64,000 nt of DNA from Macrostomum lignano (taxonomy: Eukaryota). The notes beneath the pieces were generated by a model. The model was not told the DNA's origin. It worked only from the letters and a program-made list of their open reading frames with translations, and searched no databases. Every line of letters starts with the position of its first letter. The first letter of the stretch is position 1. The translations under genes were made by a program, and so were the position numbers. Location: assembly GCA_002269645.1 (NCBI GenBank), contig NIVC01000211.1:186001-250000 (forward strand). Reading direction: 5' to 3'. Of this stretch, positions 33,501 to 44,549 are shown piece by piece.

Positions 33501-33889
33501 CTTCTCTACACTTTGCTATGGGTGCTTCAACAGCCTATGTTTGCCATAGTTTTCATAATGTTTTAATAATGTTGTTTCTTTGGTGCTTCGTTAAGTAACT
33601 ATTTTAATCCAGTTTTGCTTGTACTTGCGTACCAAATATAGTTTAATATTCATCTCATTGTAGTCGCGGTGTTGATGCAATAGTTTACTCTGCAGAATAG
33701 TGTAGTGACAGAATCATCAAGAATAGAATTGACATCCGACTGTTGATGATAGAAGCTGTCAGCGATCGCTATAACATTTTACTAGTCCTAGTCGTTTAGC
33801 TTTTTGCTGAAAACAGACTGTTGCATCATTATTGCATCACGTGTTGTAATAACATTGTATTGTAACATTGTATTGTATCTTCTGTTCAA

Positions 33890-34172
33890 AATATACAAAT
33901 TTTCCTTCGATTTCCTTCGACTTTTCCTTCGACTTTATCGGAAAATTGTGTGTTCCTTCGAATCCGACTTTATCGGAAAATTGTCTCTTCTTTCGAATCC
34001 GACTTTATCGGAAAATTGTCTGTTCCTTCGAAATAAAGAATTTCGGCAAATCAGGAATTTCGGCAAATCGGGAATCGGCGACTCGGGAATTTCGGCGAAC
34101 CAGGAATCGGCGAATCGGGATTCGGCGAGCTGGGAATCGGCAAATCGGGATTCGGCGAATCGGGGGTAAACC
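33890..34172 (-). repeat. Dispersed repeat with short subterminal TTGCCGAAATTCC-type modules; inverted copy at 51060-51270
   Basis: GGTTTACCCCCGA..CGCCGA.TCCCGATT...GCCGAAATTCC is shared between the two loci in opposite orientation. Confidence 0.6.
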
Positions 34173-34739
34173 GCTGCCTGGTCTCTTCCGGTCGGCAGAG
34201 CGGGTGCGGAGTTAAGGAGATTTCTAAAATATTGGCGAAGAATCTCTTTCGAAAGGTGTCGCTAACGTTCGACAACAAAAGCAGACAATTTTCACCGAGA
34301 TGAAAGAAATGTGGAAATCCTGAAATCTCTACCTGAGTCCTCAGGTAGAAATCAGAATGACAATCAAAGTGAGCACATACTTAATCGATTTACACATTGC
34401 GAGCCATAAGAAAGAACTGTCTAAGGTCGACATCATTTCTGAGACCACTTTTCGAAAACTTGTTAAAATACAGTTTGAGCTTGAACTTGAGCTTGAGCTT
34501 AAGCATCGAGTAATCGGACTTTGACACGTCTGAAGTAAATATTTACCCCAGGGGGACCTGGTCGACACAGCCTTTATATTAAAAAAGGAGAGCACATAGC
34601 CGCGGTGTGGGCCTGGTAGCCACTCTGTAGAGCAGGCAACCACGTGCACACTGCAGACGACAGCCCAGCTGGTATGTGCTTTCTCGATTCAGGAGTGGCT
34701 CAGGTTCCGGTCAGCGACCGCTCCTGATCAGCGGCACTG

Positions 34740-34915
34740 CTGCTGTTGTTGTTGTTGTTGTTGTAGTTGTTGTTGTGTGTTGTTGTTGTTGTTGTTGTTG
34801 TTGTTATTGGTGTTGTTGTTGTGTGTTTTTGTTGTTTCTGTTGTTGTTGCTGCTGTTATTGTTGTTATTGTTGTGTGTTGTTGTTATTTTTGTTGTTGTT
34901 GTTGTTGTTGTTTGC
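34740..34915. repeat. (GTT)n/(AAC)n microsatellite at the 3' end of LINE 1
   Basis: Direct reading. Confidence 0.95.
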
Positions 34916-37900
34916 GGAAGGTGGTCTAGGGCTGCCTATGCAGGCAGTCCAAGAACCTAGCCACCAGATCGCCATCGGCCAAGTCCTCCAGTTGGTGTAG
35001 GTCCGTCGCGTGTCGAGCCCTGGCCAGGGCCGGACATTCGAGGAAGTGGTCCTTGTCTTCTAAGAGGTCGCACCGGAGGCATCTGCTATCCTCCCTAGTG
35101 CCTATTCGGTGCTGATAGTACGCCGTAGAAGGATCGTGACCGGCACGCATTTGAGCTATGGAAACTTGAAGCGCGCGAGGGCGAGCAGGCATCGAGGGGG
35201 TCTTGCTGTAGACCCGCTTCAGCCGGTCATTCAGGAGAGGCTTATAGTTGATGAAACGGCGTATACGGCTTCGGGCGGCCTCGATGTCGATCCCTAGAAG
35301 GTCCTGGGGGAGCAGACCGGCGTTCTTAGCCTCGGTGTCGGCTCTCTCGTTACCGGGAGTCCCAGAATGACCTGGGATCCACTGCAGGACCACGTCGGCG
35401 TGGCTCTCCACCTGCGTCAGCTTGCGCTTGAGCGACTCGAGCAGAGGGTTCAGGGAGTGCTGCCGACCCTTGAGCGCCGCAATGGCCGATTGGCTGTCGG
35501 TGAGGATCAGGGCAGAGTCCTGCTTAGTCTCAAGGATGTGGTCCAGGGCGAGGTGCAGAGCTGAGAGTTCAGCTTGGAGACTTGGAGAGAGTTCAGCTAC
35601 ACCAGCGCCCGGTAGCAGCTCCCTCAATCCAAACCACCTGGCCCGAAGTAGGGGCGACTGCCACACAGGCTGCCCTTCCATTCTCCGTTCCTTCGGATGC
35701 AGATCCGTCAGTGAAATAGTGGATCTTGCGGTCGCCCCATGATTTAATGGTGTCTTCCGTCGCTGACCGCCTGGTCTCTGGCGGATCGCTCCTGGAAATC
35801 GGCTGAGTCAGGTGTTCGCAAAGGGTGACCCGATCCTCGATTCTCGTAAGCCAGGGCTTGTTTCTGATCCAGTTCGATTCCCGGCGTGGGCAATGCAGAA
35901 TCTGCTCAGATTCCAGCTTGGCTTGATCCCGGAGACCTTTGTTAGCTTTGAGCCTGCGCCGGCTTTGGTCTTCGCAAAGGCTGCGCCAAGGGTCGTGGGC
36001 TGGCCGCCGGAGGGCCTTCTCGACAGCCAGCAGGGCTCTTCTGTGTCCTTCAACGGAAATGGGATCGGTTCCGAGTTCGAGGTAGACGGCCTCCTCCGGA
36101 GTGGATTTAGGGAGGCCGGCCACGATTCTGAGCGCTGCCCGTTGAGCCCGTTCGAGTTCGTTCAACCGGCTTTTGGATAGCTAAGGTAGCCAGGCCGCAG
36201 CCGCGTGCCATATGACGGATTCGACCATAGCGGTGTACGTACGCATCAGTAGCTTGCGGTCCCAGCCCCAGCTCCTTTGTGCTAGCGCTCTCACGATGTT
36301 GGTGCGCTTGGCCATCTTTTCTTTGACCGTTTTGACTTGTTGAGCAAAGATGAGTCCACGGTCAATCCAAATGCCGAGGTATTTGAGCGACTCCGTGAAG
36401 CGAAGTTGGGTGCCGGCTAGACGGAGATCAGGTGGCCGGTCAAAGTCGGCCCGGTTCCTAGAGAAGAGGCACGCCTGGGTTTTAGCTGGATTAACTGAGA
36501 TGCGGAGGTCTCTGATCCAGGTTTTGATGAAGTCCAGGGCGCTCTGCAGCTTACTGGTGAGGTTCTGAAGGCTACTGTCGGTAGTCCATAGGCAGAGGTC
36601 GTCTGCGAATCCTCCAAGTTGAACTTCAGTTTCAGGGAAGCCAGTCCAATCATTGACGTAAAGGAGGAATAGAACCGGGGAGCACACCGCTCCCTGGGGA
36701 ACTCCACTGGTGATGCGGCGCCACTTCCCGGTGGTGTTGCCGATTTTGGCACGGATTGCTCTACCTTCCAGAAAATTGGCTAGCCAATGCGTCATACGAT
36801 CGGGCATGTCTTCGTCCATCATCCGATTAATTAGCTTGTCGTGCCAAACTGTGTCGAAGGCTTTGGAGCAGTCGAGGGCGATAGCTGCGGTCTTGAGGGG
36901 AGGTTTGCGTTCCCACCCGTCTTGGATCGATTGGACCAGACGGGCGACCTGCTCCTCACAGCTGCGGCCTCTTTGGAAGCCCGCTTGCCAGTGTTTGAGG
37001 ATGTTGAAGGTCTCGATCCAGTGGAAGAGGCGGTCTAGGACTATGCGTTCCATTATCTTGGCGCAGATCGATGTGAGACTGACAGGTCTATAGCTATCGC
37101 AGCTCTGCGGGTCTTTGCCGTCCTTCAGGAGGTGCACCACTATAGCTTGTTTCCAGATGCCAGGGCAGTGGCCAATCCTCCAGCTACGGTTGAAGAGTTT
37201 GAGCCAGGCTTCCGTCCAGCTTTCTGGCAGGTGCTTGAAGAAGGCTGCCTCTATCTTGTTCGGCCCTCCTTTCTTGTTGATGTCCAGGTGGTCGATAGCT
37301 CTCACAAGTTCACTCTTGGTGAAGGGGGCGTCATAGTCGCTGGCATGCGGGTGATAGGCACTCAGACGATTGGAGGTGAGTTTCTTGTAGCGGCGATCAC
37401 CCGGTTGTTGGTCGGGTCTGCAGACCTTGGCAAAGTGTCTGCCAAACGCTTCGGCCTTTTGTTTGTCAGTCTTACATTCTTTGCCCTGAACCAAGAGGGT
37501 CTCGTTGGGGGTCGCCCCGTTATTACCCGTGTTCAAACATTTAATGGTCCTCCAGACAGCCTTAGGGTCGGAGGAGGAGGAGATTTTGTCGAGGTACTCT
37601 CTCCAGAACTGAGCTTTCTTCTCAGCGCACCGACTGGTCAGCTCTTGGGTCTTCATGTTCCAGTCTTCGACCGGGCCTCCCCGTCTACGGAGGTTGTTCC
37701 TCTCATCTCTCAGCAGGGAAAGTTCCTCGTCCCAGAAGGGGCGGTTACGAGGGGAGACTTTCTTCAGCGGGATGGATTCATTGGCCGCTTGCTTCATAGT
37801 CGTACAGAGCCGGGCAATTTGCTGTTTGATAGTGCCAGTGTTCAAGTCAGCAGAGTGCTCTTCAAGGTAGGAGTGATAGCGGTTCCAGTCGGCCTTTTTC

Positions 37901-39203
37901 CAGGCCCAGGAAAACCTGGGTTCTTTGGCCAGGGCCGGGCGGATACCATGAATCGTGATGAGAATCGGCTTATGGTCAGAACCCAGCTCCGGCAGGACAG
38001 TCCAAGAGCACCGCCCAGCTAGGGATCTGCTGGCGAAAGAAATGTCCGGGGCGCTCTCCTGTCCTGACCGGCGGTCGACACAGGTGAGTGCCGTGGTTGA
38101 GGAAGCGGTAGTCGTTATTCTCGACCCAGTCAACTAGGCAGCCGGCTTCAGTAACGTCTTCTGGTCCTTGGCCGGGTTTGCTGCCCCATTTCTGGTGGTG
38201 CAGGTTAAAGTCTCCCACAATGAGCTCCGCATTGTGCGGGGTGAGCCAGGAGACCACACTAGGGTTGATTCTTCTGTCCACCGTGTTGGAGCGCCGCGTT
38301 GGTGGTCGGTAGACATTGGTCAGAACTATAGTCTCGTGGGCGGTGATGTGCAAGGCGATACGATGCCCTACCGTGATGCCACCGCCCCAGTACCGAAGCT
38401 TTCGGAAGGAGATAGATTGGCGCACGAAAACCAGCAGCCCTCCTCCTTTGGACTCGACTCCATTGCGGGAAATTTGCCGGTCTTTTCTGATGGTGGAAAA
38501 ACCCGGAATCCTGGGGTTGGGATGCTGTTTTTTCCAGCTTCGATTCCTGGACGGCGATAAGGTCAATAGAGAGCCGATTGGCTATTTCTTCAAGTTCTCC
38601 CAACTTATTGCGGATACCATCCGCGTTCCATTGGAGGAGCCTAATACCAGGCTCCGACATGTCTTCGCTGGTGGTTTTGAAGTCCTGGCTGGGATCAGGT
38701 GAGCGCTGGTTCGGTTGCCCTTCCTCAGCCGGTCCGTTAAGGTGATGCAAGCAGGTTTCGCAGGTCCAGCGGCCCGTGGCGACGTCCCGTCGGATAGCCT
38801 CTATGGTCTGCTTGGTGCAAGCGTTATGGAACAGCCTCTCGCACACTTTGCACTCCGCAATAATGGCGGAGATGCGGACGGGCTTGTTGCAATCACCGCA
38901 CTTTGGTTTTTCTCTTTGAATGAGCTGCATGAGTCTGGTACGGCGTTGAGTGGTCATGGGTTTGCCATCCACCTCCGGCGCGGCCGGGGGGGTGTGGTTC
39001 TGATTCTGTTGGGTGGAGCATGCCGTATCGTTCCGGTTGTCCTGGGAGCAAACAGTGCATTGCCAGGTCGTCCAGTCGGTGCGATCAGCCCTCCATCGCG
39101 TGAGACCCGATCAGGAGCTCTGCCGGTGAAAATGGCGCAGGCAATTAGAACAGACCGCGGGGTTATTGCGAATCGAAGTGCCGCAGTTCGGGTGACCACA
39201 ATC

Positions 39204-39263
39204 CGGTCCCGGGTTGGGTTCGACATCTCCGGCCATAAGGAGCAGCGCAAGGAGCTGGGGGGC
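39204..39263 (-). other. 2A-like ribosome-skipping peptide (APQLLALLLMAGDVEPNPGP)
   Basis: Exact D(V/I)ExNPGP consensus with a hydrophobic upstream helix. Confidence 0.85.
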
Positions 39264-39356
39264 CGGGCGCCCAACTCCGTAGGTCTTAGGCCTCAGTTCG
39301 TGCGCTCTCGTTCTACGTAGCCAAACTAGACCAGGTGGCGATCTGGTGTCCGAGTT

Positions 39357-39471
39357 TAGGCGCTCTTCGGGCTCCGCCAAAAAGGCGGGGCGACCCCTCC
39401 ACGACGATGACGTGGCGCCTAGCAGGAGCCAACGGTGGTTGTCCGGTGGGCCAGAGGTAAACCGCGGCGGG
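39357..39471 (-). ncRNA. Candidate HDV-like ribozyme at the 5' end of LINE 1 (P1 imperfect)
   Basis: P2 UAGGCGC/GCGCCUA, P3 ACG/CGU, L3 UCAUCGU, P4 CCGCC/GGCGG and J4/2 CGAA. Spacing parallels the LINE 2 ribozyme, but no clean 5' P1 strand was found for GGAGGGG. Confidence 0.5.
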
Positions 39472-39706
39472 TGTTGTTGTTGTTGCTGTTGTTGTTGTTG
39501 GTGTTGGTGTTGTTGTTGTTGTTGTTGTTGTTGGTTTTGGTGTTGTTGTTGTTTTTGTTTTTGTTGGTGTTGTTGTTGTTTTCGTTGTTGTTGGTGTTGT
39601 TGTTGTTGTTTTTGTTGTTTTTGCTGTTGCAGTTACTGTGGTTGTTGTTGTTTTTGTTGTTGCTGTTGCTGTTATTATTGTTATTGTTGCTGTAGTAGTA
39701 GTAGTA

Positions 39707-39737
<31 letters not shown>

Positions 39738-39796
39738 TTGCTGTTGTTGGTGTTGCTGTTATTGTTGTTATTGTTGTGTGTTATTGTTGGTGTTGG

Positions 39797-39834
<38 letters not shown>

Positions 39835-39981
39835 TTGTTGTTGTTGGTGTTGTTGTTGTTTTCGTTGTTGTTGGTGTTGTTGTTGTTGTTGTTGTTGTTG
39901 TTTTTGCCGTTGCAGTTACTGTGGTTGTCGTTGTTTTTGTTGTTGCTGTTGCTGTTATTGTTGTTATTGTTGCTGTAGTAG

Positions 39982-40016
<35 letters not shown>

Positions 40017-40030
40017 GCTGTTGTTGATGC
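39472..40030. repeat. Degenerate (GTT)n/(AAC)n tract with an internal ~200-bp duplication
   Basis: Direct reading. The poly-C/L/V ORFs here are artefacts. Confidence 0.95.
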
Positions 40031-40286
40031 CAGCTCTGCCTTAATCAGCTACAAGCGTCGGCCGTTCGGATCCCAATGACGGGTGCTTCTTCCACCATTC
40101 CCAGTGCCGCAGCGCCTCTTCCGCCTGCTCGCAAACCACACCGATGTGTCTGCAGCACCAGGCCGCCTCCCCAGTGCGCATTCTACTGAATATTTGAATT
40201 GAATGCAGCAAAAACGTAAAAAAACTTCAGTCCGCATATTACGGAAAAGAAAGTCAGTTAATTTCAGTCATTGCAGGATTTCAAAT

Positions 40287-41428
40287 TCAGTCCTTGTAGA
40301 TTTTCACGCCCGCCCGAGCAGCGCGGGAGTGCGGGCGCAGTTCCACGGGGGAGGCGGGTGGATCTCGGGCCGCCTCGCCCGAAGCTCTCGGTGCAGCGGT
40401 CTGCGTTTGGGCGCCGGCGTCGGCCAAGTCGGGGCTGACGACTTTGACCGCCGTGCAGTGCCGCCAGCAGGTCGTGCCGTCCCGGCGTAGCAGCAGTGAG
40501 TTGCCGGCCACCCGCTGGACTGTCCAGGCACCGCTCTCGAATGGCGTCTGCGTCTTGCTGGCACCGACCCGCCGTCGTAGCACCGAGTCGCCGACCTGGA
40601 CGTCGTGCCGCCGTGGTCGCCTTTTTGCGTCCGCGTGCTGCTTCATCGCCGCCTTGGCGCCAGCGTCGGCTTCTCTCAGCCGCTGCTCGTTGATGCGGAC
40701 TCGCTGGGACGGCCGGGCGGCGGGGATGATGTCGTTTGGCCGCCGGCCCATCAGCAGCTCGGCTGGTGCGCGCCCGGTGGCCGTGTGCGGCGTGTTCCTG
40801 TAGGCCAGCAGCCACTCGTCCAGAGCGGCCCTCCGGTCCCGCCGCTCCTCGATGGCTGCTCGCACGACTTTGTTGATGGAGCGGTTCAGTCGCTCTGTCA
40901 TGCCGTTGGCCGCTGGGTAGTAGGGCGTGATGAGGCGGTGCTTGATCCAGTAGCTCACCAGGAACCGGCCGAACTCCTTGGACGAGAAAGGTGGTCCATT
41001 ATCTGTCACGAGCTCCTGTGGGATCCCGAAGCGGGCAAACATCTCTCGCAGGCGGGGAATCAATGCCTCGGCCGTCGTCGTCTGCATGAGCTGCACCTCC
41101 GGAAACCTTGAGTAGCCGTCCACGCACACCAGCAGCATTTTTTTGTTGATGGGTCCCACGAAATCGGCGCCGATCGACAGCCAGGCGCCCGCGGGGATCG
41201 GCGTCGGCTGCAGAGGCGTGGCCCGGACGGCTGGCGTGTGCGACGTGACGGCGCAGCTGCGGCATCGACTGACGAATTCCTCCGCTTGAGTTGCCATCCT
41301 CGGCCACCAGACCTTCGTGAAGAGTCTGGCGATCGTCTTCTGCGCGCACTGGTGCCCTTGATGCGCTAATTCGAGCATCTGCTGACGCAGATCAGCTGGC
41401 ACGACGATTCGATGGTGTCGAAGGAGGA
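40287..41428 (-). mobile_element. Gypsy/Ty3 (Mag-like) integrase 3' fragment
   Basis: AHQGH...WWP zinc-binding region, GADFVGP, VTDNGPPF, NGMTERLN and YRNTPHTATG. The ORF's K/E-rich N-terminus is the adjacent poly(A)-like tail, not protein. Confidence 0.9.
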
Positions 41429-42400
41429 CCTTTTTCTCTTTCTCTCTTTTTTCTTTTTTCTCTTTTTTATTAGCATTGACTTTATTGTATAGCCCCATCT
41501 TGTTTTACCAACCAGAAATTTAGCAAGTCCGGCCCAATTTCCGGTAAAACTGACACGACAACAATCAAATTAGCACCACTCCCCCAGATTAGCACAGCTC
41601 CCCCAGATTAGCACCACTCCCCGAGATTAGCACCACTCCATCAGATTAGCACCACTCCACCAGATTAGCACCACTCCACCAGATTAGCACCACTCCACCA
41701 GATTAGCACCACTCCATCAGATTAGCACCACTCCCCCAGATTAGCACTACTCCCCCAGATTAGCACCACTCCATCAGGTTAGCACCACTCCCCCAGATTA
41801 GCACCACTCCCCCAGATTAGCACCACTCCCCCAGATTAGCACCACTCCCCCAGATTAGCACCACTCCATCAGATTAGCACCACTCCACCAGATTAGCACC
41901 ACTCCACCAGATTAGCACCACTCCACCAGATTAGCACCACTCCATCAGATTAGCACCACTCCACCAGATTAGCACCACTCCATCACTTCAGACAACAATT
42001 AATAGCACAGGTCAAGAAGTTAGTAAAGAGAGTTAAGATTAGGCAATTAACCCCTCGCTAATTTATAATGAATTTTCCCGATGCAGTCACTGCAAAACTG
42101 TCCGCGTTAGCAACTTCTCACGCCTTCCAGACATCGTCGCAATTCCAACCGATTCCCATGGTTTCCCTCACTCTTGCGACGTCTGGAATGTCTCAGTGTT
42201 CAGAATGTAATTAACCCCCCCCCCACATAAAGGCATGCAACCCTTTGAAGTGGAACAGACTTTTAGGGCGGCCTGCACTCGCCCTTTGCACTGCCGTCCT
42301 CGAGCGCTTGTGGCATTTTGTAAGAGTGCAGCTGTCCTAAACTGCTACACTCCACCACGCTCTGATAACAGTGTAGTTTGCTAATTCCCTTACCTAAATT
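41429..42400 (-). mobile_element. Degenerate CR1/L2-like LINE 3' end with a minisatellite 3' UTR and A-rich tail
   Basis: AATAAA plus A-rich tail at 41429-41490, weak RT C-terminal remnants (TLRHSRRRK) at ~42050-42400, and a related fragment at ~63220-63270. Confidence 0.45.
41570..41985. repeat. 19-bp minisatellite (CCACTCC[A/C][C/T]CAGATTAGCA)
   Basis: About 22 tandem copies. Confidence 0.92.
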
Positions 42401-42689
42401 CTAAGTCCTATTCCTAATACGTAGTTCCTACAATAGTCCCTAGATGACAGTCAATTGCCATTCTTATACCACCTTGCTCAGGTGCATGAGCTTTTCGCGG
42501 TCCGCCATTGCGAAAAAATTGCAAAAAAATCGACACGCGCTTGACAGGTCAGCGAGAGTCGCTTCGCATGAAATAATCGCCACCCAAGCCGGGGGCACGT
42601 GACCAAAGCCACTCGTTCAACACCCAACTAAGCTACGCCGGTTGAACCAATAGAGCACTCACAGACAGTCAATTGAAGTATCCCGGGGC

Positions 42690-44438
42690 ACGAATGCTCC
42701 GCCCAACTGCGATTGAAGATGTCGAGCCAGCGAGCTAAGAACTGTTCGGGCATGTTCTTAAGGAACCGTACCTCAATACCGTCGACGCCACCTTTTTTGT
42801 CTGCAACCATCTGGTCCAGTGCGACTTTGAGTTCTTCGCGGATGAACGGGGTGCGGAATTCAGCGCCCTCGTTGTACGTCTTAAGTTTCTTGGCCACCTC
42901 AACTCTTAACGCCCGCTCTTCTTTACCCAGCTGGACTTTGCTGTTTGATGCATACAAATTAATGAAGACCGCCGCTTTTTCCTTATCCGTTCTGGCTTCT
43001 CGACCTTCGTTAACCACGATTTCGTTTGGGACGCAGTCCTCCTTAACCGCGTGCAGGGTCTTGATCAGCCTACATGTGCTTTTGCCGTCATTTCCTTCTT
43101 GCAGTTTGCTTACGTGCTCTCTCCAAAAGGCGGTACGTTTCTCTTTGATGAGGTTGTTTAGGGTTTCGTTTGCACTGTGCCAATGTGCTCTATACTATCC
43201 GTGCTTTCTCTATTTTCCATGGCACGTAAGGCCTGGGCCTCCAAAAGTTGTTCATCCCAGAATGGCAAATGGCATAAATGAGCTCCTGCGCCTCGCGCTG
43301 ATCTTGATGGCTTTGCTCAGCCGTGGCACCCGTGAAGCAGCGTGAAGATTGAAGTCACCCAGGATAAGTTCCCGGCGATCGGGGCTCATCCAGTCCCACA
43401 CGCTGTCTCTGTCTCTATCGTCTTCCCCTTCCACCGTCCTTATCGGGGGCGGTAAACGTTGGTGATCACAAGGCGCTCTTTTTCGCGTGCTTAATATTGT
43501 GCTTAATCAGAGTAATAAAGCCGCCCCCTCTAGCTTTCTCACTGCGGCGGATCTCTCTGCGGTCTTTGCGGACCGTCGTGTACCCTCTAATACGGGGGGT
43601 CTCACTCGCCTCCGTAAGTTTCGACTCCTGAAGGACAGCAACGTCGACGTCTAGACTGTGTAGAAACTCTTCCAGTTCCGCCCTTTTGTTGCTAACGCCG
43701 TCCGCATTCCACTGCAGGATGCGTAGAGTACTCTTGCGATCAGCAGCCCATCCGGCACTCGTTTCGCCCGTGCGGGTGTTTTGATCATCTGTGGCGGAGG
43801 CCTCCTCCGAGGTCAGTCGGATACGGTCCAGGCAGTCCGTGCAGGACCACTGTCCGCGCCTAACTTCGCCTTCGATGGATGCTCTGCTAGCGCCCGAACA
43901 TTTGTTGTGGAACAGCCCGTGGCACTCCTTACAGCGCACGATGACCTTAGTGATTTTCAGCTTATCCTTGCATCCTTTAAAAGAGCAGGAGTCACCGTTT
44001 CGAATGGCTTTTGCGTCTCTTTCCCAGCTGGCGCGCTCCTCAGCATCGTTTTCTTCTTTCCACTGGCAGTCCAGCTGGCAGTTCGAACAACGCCAGTGGA
44101 GTTTCTGTCTGGCTCTCTCCTGCGCTGATCGGGTGAGCCCAGTGCATGCACCATGGAAGTCCTTGTTGCATTCTTGGCATTTGATTGGCCTGTGGCCCGA
44201 CGTAATCACTTTACTGCAACGCCCACAGCGTCCGGGATTCCTTTCGACGTCCATGGCAATCGGTACTATCTCAGTTGCTCTCCATCCTATACGCTCATCT
44301 ATCACGCGATTTGGTATTTCCTCCTCCGCCTCTCCTCTCCAACGAAGGTGTTCCGAGTTCGTCCAGTTGTTCGAGTCTCCGTCCCAAGAGGGGCTGGCGC
44401 CCACTCGCCGCGAAGAGGCTACTGGACAATAGAGTGGG
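42690..44438 (-). mobile_element. Second Ingi-like LINE (5' portion, internally deleted, 3'-truncated)
   Basis: DVERNPG, two PHD-like fingers, LRILQWNADG...VAVLQESKL, ILGDFNLH, and a pre-RT region homologous to LINE 1 (PFIREEL...DKKGGVDGIE). Confidence 0.85.
44361..44438 (-). ncRNA. HDV-like self-cleaving ribozyme fold (78 nt) at the exact 5' end of LINE 2
   Basis: CCCACUC(P1) UAUU GUCCAGU(P2) A GCC(P3) UCUUCGC(L3) GGC(P3') GAGUGGG(P1') CG ...P4... CGAA CA ACUGGAC(P2'). P1, P2 and P3 are fully Watson-Crick. Confidence 0.8.
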
Positions 44439-44545
44439 TGTTGTTGTTGTTGTTGTTGTTGTTGTTGTAGTAGTTGTTGTTGTTGCTGCTGTTATTGTTG
44501 TTGTTGTTGTTGTTGTTGTTGTTCTTAGTGGTGTTGGTGTTGTTC
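44439..44545. repeat. (GTT)n/(AAC)n tract abutting the LINE 2 5' end
   Basis: Direct reading. Confidence 0.95.
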
Positions 44546-44549
44546 TTGT

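Larger units (their letters stand above)
34916..39471 (-). mobile_element. Full-length Ingi-like non-LTR retrotransposon (2A - PHD x2 - APE - RT - RNase H), frameshifted
   Basis: AGDVEPNPGP, two PHD-like fingers, LLQWNADG...IAVQES, IVGDFNLHH, SDH, PVSLTS, QAGFQ, GVPQGAVCSP, FADD, and RNase H FTDGS...AELSAL...TDSQS...WIPGHSG..GNERAD. Split over five or more frames. Confidence 0.9.

Noticed and set aside
39346-40079. Poly-Cys / poly-Leu / poly-Val ORFs (also at 34676-35000 and 44275-44628)
   Set aside because: Translations of (GTT)n microsatellites; no coding evidence.
41429-41498. K/E-rich N-terminus of the 403-aa integrase ORF
   Set aside because: It is the A-rich tail of an adjacent LINE fragment read in frame by chance.
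41570-41985. Regular short repeats considered as CRISPR-like or telomeric
   Set aside because: Head-to-tail 19-bp units without unique spacers, and no TTAGGG; eukaryotic context.
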